Below are positions 57,606 to 64,000 of a DNA stretch of 64,000 nucleotides, in pieces (within the stretch, counting starts at the first letter, position 1; the number at the start of each line of letters is the position of its first letter). The stretch comes from Pyrinomonadaceae bacterium (GTDB lineage Bacteria > Acidobacteriota > Blastocatellia > Pyrinomonadales > Pyrinomonadaceae). The notes under the pieces were generated by a model. That model searched no databases, had not been told where the DNA came from, and was given only the letters and a program-made list of their open reading frames with translations. The stretch spans positions 1 to 64,000 of the forward strand of contig JBIOZK010000075.1 in the NCBI GenBank assembly GCA_044870975.1, read 5' to 3'. The position numbers were made by a program, and so were the translations under genes.

Positions 57606-57977
57606 TCAGCCCGGCGGCCAGGTCATCTCGCGGCCGCCCAACACATGCACATGCAGGTGAAAGACAGATTGGCCGGCCCCGCTGCCAGTATTAATCACGG
57701 TGCGATAGCCGCCGCTGTCCGACAAACCATGATCGTATGCGACGCGCGCGGAAATTCTCAACAGATGCCCCAGCATTGATTCATCTTTCTGCGACGCGTC
57801 ATCGAGCGATTCCATGTGCTCACGCGGAATTATCAAGATGTGGGTCGGGGCCTGCGGATTGATGTCTCGGACTGCGATGCAGCGACCGTCCTGATAGACG
57901 ACGTCGGCCGCCGCAGTTCCTGCCAGGATTCTGCAAAAGAGGCAATCTGTCTCAGTCATGGGCGCATAATAACACAA
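57606..57977 (-). CDS. HIT-family (Hint-like) nucleotide hydrolase
   Basis: histidine triad HLHVHVLGG; likely start MTETDCLFC (57959). Confidence 0.85.
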   Translation of the reverse strand: MCYYAPMTETDCLFCRILAGTAAADVVYQDGRCIAVRDINPQAPTHILIIPREHMESLDDASQKDESMLGHLLRISARVAYDHGLSDSGGYRTVINTGSGAGQSVFHLHVHVLGGREMTWPPG

Positions 57978-58065
57978 GAGGTAGGAGGTCAGAGGCTAGA
58001 GGTTAGGGTTTGCGATCAGGGGTCAGCTGTTAGCGGTTGGGGCTGGATAGAGAATTGACCGAACT

Positions 58066-58266
58066 TACCACCTACGAGTTCTCATAGACTTGAAGCAACA
58101 GCCGGCACCCTCTAACTGCGAAGCTATAGTCTCAGCAAATCCCCAGCCTCTACTAATGTTACTACCTTACGAGTTCTCATAGACTTGAAGCAACAGCCGG
58201 CACCCTCTAACTGCGAAGCTATAGTCTCAGCAAATCCCCAGCCTCTAACCTCCAGCCTCTACTAAT
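58066..58266. repeat. tandem direct repeat (2 x ~88 bp, period 94 bp) between HIT gene and murA, overlapping murA 3' end
   Basis: ACGAGTTCTCATAGACTTGAAGCAACAGCCGGCACCCTCTAACTGCGAAGCTATAGTCTCAGCAAATCCCCAGCCTCTA twice; second copy extended by ACCTCCAGCCTCT, which shares words with the 22.4-kb inverted repeat. Confidence 0.8.
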
Positions 58267-59546
58267 GGCGCAGTTACTGATTCGCGCAGACGCTCGATGT
58301 CGGCGCCGACATCTTTGAGCTTGGTTTCTATTTTTTCGTAACCGCGATCGATGTGATAGACGCGATCGATAATCGTTTCTCCCTCAGCTGCCAATCCGGC
58401 GAGCACCAAAGACGCGGAAGCCCGCAAGTCGGAAGCCTGCACGCGCGCCCCGATCAATTTACTCGGGCCATCGACAATTGCCGTGTCATGACTGACTTGA
58501 ATCAGCGCGCCCATGCGCTGGAGTTCCGAGGCGTGCATGAAACGATTCTCAAAGATCGTCTCTTTGATGGTCGAGCGTCCGTTGGCCTGAGTCATCAGCG
58601 TCATGAATTGCGCCTGCATGTCGGTCGGGAAGGCAGGATATTCTTCGGTAACCAGGTCGCCGGCGTGCAAGCCGCGCGACGCACACCGCGCGTAGAGAGT
58701 GCTTTGATTCAGCTCTTCAATTTCTACGCCCACCTCGCGCAGTTTGCCGATGATGCGATTGCAGTGCTCAGGATTGCAGTCTCTGATTTCCAACTCGCCT
58801 TTGGTGATTGCTGCCGCCGCGATGAAGGTGCCCGTTTCAATGCGATCGGGGATGATCGTGTGTTGCGCGCCGCCGAGACCTTCGACCCCGTCAATCTGAA
58901 TCGACGGCGTGCCGGCGCCGCGCACCCGAGCGCCCATTTTGTTGAGTAATTCGGCGAGATCTCTCACCTCCGGCTCGCGCGCAGCATTGTGAATCGTCGT
59001 CGTTCCGTGCGCGAGCGTGGCGGCCATCATCAAGTTTTCCGTGCCGGTAACCGAGATCTTGTCGAAGGTGATCTCGGCGCCTTTTAGGCCTTCGTCGGGC
59101 GATCTGGCAACAACGTCGCCGGCTTCGAGAAACACCTCGGCGCCCATCTTTGTCAGCGCCGCCAGATGCAAATCAATTGGCCGTGCGCCAATCGCGCAAC
59201 CGCCCGGCAAAGACACGCGCGCCTTGCCGAACCTGGCCAGCAATGGCCCGAGCGCCAGGACCGAAGCTCGCATCGTTTTGACCAGCTCGTACGGCGCGGC
59301 CATGAGTTCAACGTTGGCGGCTGAAATTTTATGCGTGCGCAGTTCCGGCGTCAGCACCTGCCCGCCGATATCTTCCAATAATCGCCGCATGGTGATTATG
59401 TCGCGAACGTAGGGAAGATTGTGAAGGGTGACTGTTTCGGAAGTGAGAATCGCCGCGGCCATGCACGGCAGCGCCGAATTCTTGGCGCCGCTAATCGTGA
59501 CTCGCCCTTTGAGCGGATTACCACCGCGAATACGAAACTTGTCCAC
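58245..59546 (-). CDS. murA: UDP-N-acetylglucosamine 1-carboxyvinyltransferase
   Basis: MDKFRIRGG..KGRVTISGAKNSALP, catalytic Cys region; last 5 codons lie inside a duplicated repeat element. Confidence 0.95.
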   Translation of the reverse strand: MDKFRIRGGNPLKGRVTISGAKNSALPCMAAAILTSETVTLHNLPYVRDIITMRRLLEDIGGQVLTPELRTHKISAANVELMAAPYELVKTMRASVLALGPLLARFGKARVSLPGGCAIGARPIDLHLAALTKMGAEVFLEAGDVVARSPDEGLKGAEITFDKISVTGTENLMMAATLAHGTTTIHNAAREPEVRDLAELLNKMGARVRGAGTPSIQIDGVEGLGGAQHTIIPDRIETGTFIAAAAITKGELEIRDCNPEHCNRIIGKLREVGVEIEELNQSTLYARCASRGLHAGDLVTEEYPAFPTDMQAQFMTLMTQANGRSTIKETIFENRFMHASELQRMGALIQVSHDTAIVDGPSKLIGARVQASDLRASASLVLAGLAAEGETIIDRVYHIDRGYEKIETKLKDVGADIERLRESVTAPLVEAGG

Positions 59547-59707
59547 GTGGTGAGATTAAAGGAAAAAGAATGAATCGTGAAGCATTAGTGCAGCAGCGAC
59601 GCTATGGACGATTCAATAATCGGGTTTTGATTTCAAGCCACCGATGTTCCAGGGAGGCGCGCGTCGCTTGCGGCTGCCGGATCAATCGTTAGGCAAGACG
59701 TGCCGAG

Positions 59708-60214
59708 TCACAATTCTCTTAGGATTTGTTCGACGATTGTTTCAGGTGTGTCACTTGCGGCGATCGCGATCGTTCGCTCAGCAAGCTGATAGTCATTGCG
59801 GCGCGAATGGAATTTGGCGGCAGCCGTGGCGCGATCCGGCGCCAGTGGACGGACGGTTTCACTCTCGCAGATTCGTTGCCAACAAAGTTCGAAAGGCACA
59901 TCGAGCCAGACGGTTTCGCAGTCGTGCAGCGCGGTCAAGGTCCGGTTCGCGGCTATCGTCCAGGTTCCTCCGCCCAGCGCGATGATTCGTGGATTTTTCT
60001 CTTGGAGAATATCACGCAGCGCGAGCGTTTCTGTTTCGCGAAACTTCTCTTCGCCGTCTTGCGCAATCATCTCCGCCGGCGAACGACCCCGACGCTCAGT
60101 GATGAATGAATCGAGATCTACAAAGTCGCATTCAAGCTGACGCGCCAGCTCCTTGGCGACAGTCGTCTTGCCGCAAGCCATGAAACCCAGAATTACAATG
60201 CGACGGTCGCTCAT
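59708..60214 (-). CDS. aroK: shikimate kinase
   Basis: P-loop GFMACGKTTVAKELA, DLD motif; start overlaps aroA stop. Confidence 0.9.
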   Translation of the reverse strand: MSDRRIVILGFMACGKTTVAKELARQLECDFVDLDSFITERRGRSPAEMIAQDGEEKFRETETLALRDILQEKNPRIIALGGGTWTIAANRTLTALHDCETVWLDVPFELCWQRICESETVRPLAPDRATAAAKFHSRRNDYQLAERTIAIAASDTPETIVEQILREL

Positions 60215-61530
60215 CGTTCAATCACAGAGTCAAGCAAGTCGAAAAACTCCGGAAACGAAATGGCCACGCAGTCTGAACCAATAATCTCTGTGTCACCCTC
60301 GGCGACCAGTCCGGCAATCGCGAAGGACATCGCGATGCGATGATCGCCGCGCGAATCAATTTTCGCCCCGCGCAGCTTCGCCCGACCATTAACGCACATT
60401 CCATCTGCGAACTCTTCAACCTCACATCCCATCGCCCGCAGTCCCCTCACGGTTGTTTCGATGCGATCGGATTCTTTCACACGCAATTCTCTCGCATTGC
60501 GAATCTCGAGGCCGCCTGCCAATTGCGAGCCCATGACCGCCAGAAGCGGCAACTCATCGATTAGCTGCGGAATGATCGTGCCGTTCACCATGAGCGTCGG
60601 CGCGCCGCTTCTATCAGCCATCGGCCGGCCACGCACGCTCAGATCGCCGAACGGCTCCCCACCTGATTGGCTTTGGTTGCTTAAGCCAATCTCGATTCCT
60701 ATCTCACGCAGCGGGCTGAGAAAGGCGGCGCGCGTCGGGTTCAGACCGACACCAGCTATTTCAATCGATGACTCCGGCAGCAAAGCCGCTGCGGCCACAA
60801 AATATGCGGCCGAAGAAATATCTCCGGGAACTGACACGTCGAGAGCTGTCAATGGCGCTGGACCTCTTACTGCGACGAAGCGAGCATCCTGCGGCTCGCC
60901 GTCCGGCACTCCGGTCTCGATTGGCGCGCCGCAAGCTCTCAGCATTCTTTCAGTGTGATCGCGCGTGATTTCGTTTTCGATAATAGTTGTAGTGCCGGCG
61001 GCATACAGACCCGCCAGCAGGATGCAGGACTTGACCTGAGCGCTGGCCGTCAATAATTCGTAATCAATAGCTTGCACAGCCCCCCGCGCGTGCATCCGCA
61101 AGGGGGCGCGGCCATTTAGCGAGATAATCTCTGCGCCCATCATTTCCAATGGTTCGATGATTCTCTGCATCGGCCGCGAGCGGAGGGATTCATCACCGGT
61201 CAGCGTCGAACTGAAATTCTGTCCAGCCAGAATTCCGGCCAGCAGACGCATCGTCGTGCCGCTATTGGCGCAATCAAGGTCGCTATCCGGCGCGCGTAAT
61301 CCATTCAATCCGGCGCCGTGAATTGTGACTGCGTTATCACTTCGATCGATTCTGACGCCGAGTTTTTCGAGACAAGAAAGCGTGGCGGCGCAGTCCGCGC
61401 TCGTTGAGTAATTACTGATGTATGAAGACCCGGTCGCAATCGCGGCGATCATCGCGGCGCGATGAGAAATCGATTTGTCGCCCGGCACGGCGATCCGGCC
61501 TTTGATTCGCTTTGCGGGTTGGATGATCAC
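60211..61530 (-). CDS. aroA: 3-phosphoshikimate 1-carboxyvinyltransferase (EPSP synthase)
   Basis: VPGDKSISHRAAM, LLAGLYAAGTTT, EPSP synthase fold throughout. Confidence 0.9.
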   Translation of the reverse strand: MIIQPAKRIKGRIAVPGDKSISHRAAMIAAIATGSSYISNYSTSADCAATLSCLEKLGVRIDRSDNAVTIHGAGLNGLRAPDSDLDCANSGTTMRLLAGILAGQNFSSTLTGDESLRSRPMQRIIEPLEMMGAEIISLNGRAPLRMHARGAVQAIDYELLTASAQVKSCILLAGLYAAGTTTIIENEITRDHTERMLRACGAPIETGVPDGEPQDARFVAVRGPAPLTALDVSVPGDISSAAYFVAAAALLPESSIEIAGVGLNPTRAAFLSPLREIGIEIGLSNQSQSGGEPFGDLSVRGRPMADRSGAPTLMVNGTIIPQLIDELPLLAVMGSQLAGGLEIRNARELRVKESDRIETTVRGLRAMGCEVEEFADGMCVNGRAKLRGAKIDSRGDHRIAMSFAIAGLVAEGDTEIIGSDCVAISFPEFFDLLDSVIER

Positions 61531-61726
61531 GTGGGAATCTTAACCTTACAATTGTGTGTGACGTTAGCCGCCCGAGATTGAGGGCGAACCGAAGGAAAGG
61601 ATGCCCGCGCTTCGGTCACTTTCTTGACATGCGGCCAGTGCGCGTGTTACACGAACGTCTTCGTTCGCTTAATTTAGCAGCAGCCGACAACGCAGTTTCC
61701 CCCGGCGAGAAAGGCCGCGCCTGTCT

Positions 61727-62140
61727 GTGACCGAACAAACGACTCGACTCGTTTTGCCCAGCCACATTGAGGCGGTTAGTGACGCTGCTGCCGCCGTGAC
61801 GGGGTTTATCCGCGATTGTGGCGCGCCGGACGATGCTGCGTTCGGAATCGAAATGGCTGTGCGCGAAGCAGTGACCAATGCGATGGTCCACGGCAACCAG
61901 GAAGACGAGGCGAAATCGGTCGAAGTTGTTTTCAATTGCCACGGGAACGAGTTGGAAATCGAAGTTAGAGATCAGGGTGAAGGATTCGATCTCGCCAGCG
62001 TTCCTGACCCGACCGAATCGGCGAACCTGATGAAGACCTCGGGTCGTGGCATCTTTTTGATGCGAACGTTCATGGACGATGTTCAGTACGTGCTGCGGCC
62101 GGAAGGCGGCACTGCGGTGAAAATGTCCAAGCGATTTTGA
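61727..62140 (+). CDS. anti-sigma regulatory factor, serine-protein kinase (RsbW/SpoIIAB-like HATPase)
   Basis: N box REAVTNAMVHGN, G boxes DQGEGFD and GRGIFLM. Confidence 0.8.
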   Translation: MTEQTTRLVLPSHIEAVSDAAAAVTGFIRDCGAPDDAAFGIEMAVREAVTNAMVHGNQEDEAKSVEVVFNCHGNELEIEVRDQGEGFDLASVPDPTESANLMKTSGRGIFLMRTFMDDVQYVLRPEGGTAVKMSKRF

Positions 62141-62238
62141 TTTCAGATTTTTGATTATTATCAGGACTTCGCGTGTCCTAACGCGAGATCAAAAATTGGC
62201 AATCACAAATCGACAATACTTTTAGGAGAACCCCTATC

Positions 62239-62586
62239 ATGGCAGAGCTAAACATCCGCGAGCGACAAGCCGGTGACGTAACTGTCCTCGACATGGATGG
62301 TCGTATCACTATTGGCGAAGGAAGTGTCGCATTGCGCAGCGCGATTCGTCGTTTACTCGAGGAAGGAAAGAAAAAGATTCTGCTTAATCTGGCAGGCGTC
62401 GGCTATATCGATTCGAGTGGCATCGGCGAACTCGTTTCGAGCTACACCGCGATTAACAAGGACGGCGGTCAATTGAAGCTTCTTAGTTTGACGCAAAAGC
62501 TGCAGGACCTGCTGACGATTACGAAGCTTTTGACGGTGTTCGACGCTTACGACACGGAAGCCGAGGCGCTGAGCAACTTCAAATAA
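62239..62586 (+). CDS. STAS-domain anti-sigma factor antagonist (paralog 1)
   Basis: phosphorylatable Ser in IDSSGIGEL; SpoIIAA/RsbV fold. Confidence 0.85.
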   Translation: MAELNIRERQAGDVTVLDMDGRITIGEGSVALRSAIRRLLEEGKKKILLNLAGVGYIDSSGIGELVSSYTAINKDGGQLKLLSLTQKLQDLLTITKLLTVFDAYDTEAEALSNFK

Positions 62587-62652
62587 ATAGTGCGAACAGA
62601 ATTCAACTTCTAAGCGTTTATCAATTCGCGAGGATCGGGAGGATCTCATTAG

Positions 62653-63000
62653 ATGGCTCAACTAGATATCAAACAGCGTCAGGCAGGCGACGTCGCAATT
62701 CTGGATCTGAATGGCGAAATCAGGATCGGCGACAGCGCGACTGCGTTGCGCAGCGCAATTCGCGAATTGATCGCGGGCGGCAGTAACAAGATTTTGCTGA
62801 ATCTGGCCGGTGTCAAGTACATCGATTCCAGCGGCATCGGTGAACTAATCGCGAATTATACGACTGTGGGTCGCGGCGGCGGTCAGTTGAAACTGTTGAG
62901 TCTCACGGACAAAGTTCAGGATCTATTGGTGATCACAAAACTGTTGACGGTGTTTGATGTCTATGACGCTGAAGCAGAAGCCCTGAGCAGTTTCAAGTAG
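62653..63000 (+). CDS. STAS-domain anti-sigma factor antagonist (paralog 2, ~70% identical to paralog 1)
   Basis: same motifs, IDSSGIGEL. Confidence 0.85.
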   Translation: MAQLDIKQRQAGDVAILDLNGEIRIGDSATALRSAIRELIAGGSNKILLNLAGVKYIDSSGIGELIANYTTVGRGGGQLKLLSLTDKVQDLLVITKLLTVFDVYDAEAEALSSFK

Positions 63001-63162
63001 GCAGTGATTCAACTCGCGAGGCGGCCCAGCATAGGTGCTGGGCCGTTTTGTTTGCCTCTCAAAAACCCGACCGTAAGGGAGGGTGCCGTAACGACGCAGC
63101 CTCACGGGCGCCCTCCCTTACGGTCGGGTTTCTGACGTATTATCTTCCCGACCTCTAACCCA

Positions 63163-63792
63163 ATGACGCGCACGAAATTCGATAACGCGGCCAGTGACGC
63201 AATCGGTGCGGCCATTCGCGAAATCGAAAGTAAGACGAACGCCGAGATCGTGGTTGCCGTGCGCGGTCGTTCCGGCACCTACCGGCAGGCTGACTATCTT
63301 TTTGGAGCCATCGTCGCGTTCGCAGGTCTGCTTTTTGTTCTCTTCTCGCCGTTTGATTTTCACGCCTACTGGATTCCGTTCGACGTCATCGCACTGTTTG
63401 CTGCTGGCGCCTTCGTCTCGTCGCGCGGCGACTGGATTCGACGTCTGCTCACGACCAGGAAGTTTCGCGCGCAGGCAGCGCGCACCGGTGCGGCGGCGAT
63501 GTTCTATGAAGCGGGCATTGCCAATACTACGGCCGAAAACGGCCTGCTGATATACCTGTCGCTGCTTGAGCGCCAGATGGAAGTAATTGCTGATCGCGGA
63601 ATTCTCAAGGCGGTGCCGGCCTTGAAATGGAATCAGGCAGCGTTCGAACTCAAGCGTGTGGCCGAAAATCCCGATCCCGATAAACTGATTTCTTCCCTAA
63701 AACAATTAGGCGTCGTCCTGGCTGAACACTTGCCGGCTGTGGGGGCAAACCCGAATGAACTGGCGGATGGACCTTCGATCGAATTGAAATGA
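63163..63792 (+). CDS. hypothetical membrane protein
   Basis: 209-aa ORF with two central hydrophobic helices; no confident family. Confidence 0.45.
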   Translation: MTRTKFDNAASDAIGAAIREIESKTNAEIVVAVRGRSGTYRQADYLFGAIVAFAGLLFVLFSPFDFHAYWIPFDVIALFAAGAFVSSRGDWIRRLLTTRKFRAQAARTGAAAMFYEAGIANTTAENGLLIYLSLLERQMEVIADRGILKAVPALKWNQAAFELKRVAENPDPDKLISSLKQLGVVLAEHLPAVGANPNELADGPSIELK

Positions 63793-64000
63793 ATCTTCCT
63801 CGCCTAGCGATTGCCAACGGCCGACTCATTACGCGCGTGTTGCTGGCGTGCGCGACACTGTGTGCGCTGGGTCTGCTGGCGACAGAGGGTTTCGCGCGGG
63901 TTGGTGGCGGCCAATCGTATGGCGGTGGCGGAAGCGGCGGAGGCGACGGCGGCGGCGCCGGTGCCTTGGTTTATTTGGTGGTTCGCTTGTTGCTATGGCT
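63789..64000 (+). CDS. partial ORF (5' end only): signal peptide + Gly-rich region, TPM/YgcG-like?
   Basis: MNLPRLAIANG..signal..GGGQSYGGGGSGGGDGGGAGA; start overlaps upstream stop (ATGA); runs off window. Confidence 0.35.
   Translation, partial: MNLPRLAIANGRLITRVLLACATLCALGLLATEGFARVGGGQSYGGGGSGGGDGGGAGALVYLVVRLLLW

Overview
High-GC (~58-60%) bacterial chromosome segment. The gene content points to an Acidobacteriota-type genome: a VWA protein with the IKVQTELVNLNVVVRD motif, PD40/TolB-like and DUF4214 fragments, and many small palindromic repeat families. This is my reading of protein signatures, not a database result. Most of the window is housekeeping or envelope genes on both strands. 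Recognised genes are pilT, mazG, ribF, folK, pdxJ, atpD-atpC, dcd, prmC, murA and aroK-aroA, plus an amidase, an S41 protease, an M14 carboxypeptidase and an HtrA-like protease. Other products are two SPFH/flotillin proteins, a GntR(YtrA-like)-SPFH pair, a TetR-MFP-RND-OMF efflux locus and an RsbW-like kinase followed by two tandem STAS antagonists. No tRNA or rRNA, CRISPR array, integrase or transposase was recognised. The unusual features are: (i) an efflux operon interrupted by a four-helix-bundle gene that is flanked by inverted GTTTCAA heptamer arrays, with the downstream RND permease reading in frame into a TolC-like protein that carries its own signal peptide; (ii) a Wzc tyrosine autokinase followed by a PqqD/RRE-like ORF that continues into a TM helix plus a six-Cys Gly-rich tail, then a nucleotidyltransferase-family gene and a VWA gene; (iii) a gene-poor, repeat-dense ~2.2 kb island (46.99-49.17 kb) with one well-signalled orphan gene, a dyad-symmetric ~21-bp repeat array and candidate structured RNA; (iv) a divergent pair of B12-binding radical-SAM genes next to an O-methyltransferase and a lipoprotein gene; (v) several families of intergenic palindromic elements, including GGAGTGCG...CGCACTCC elements, CACAGACT-N4-AGTCTGTG doublets, heptamer-repeat hairpins, and a 33-bp perfect inverted repeat related to a duplicated 94-bp unit that supplies the last codons of murA.
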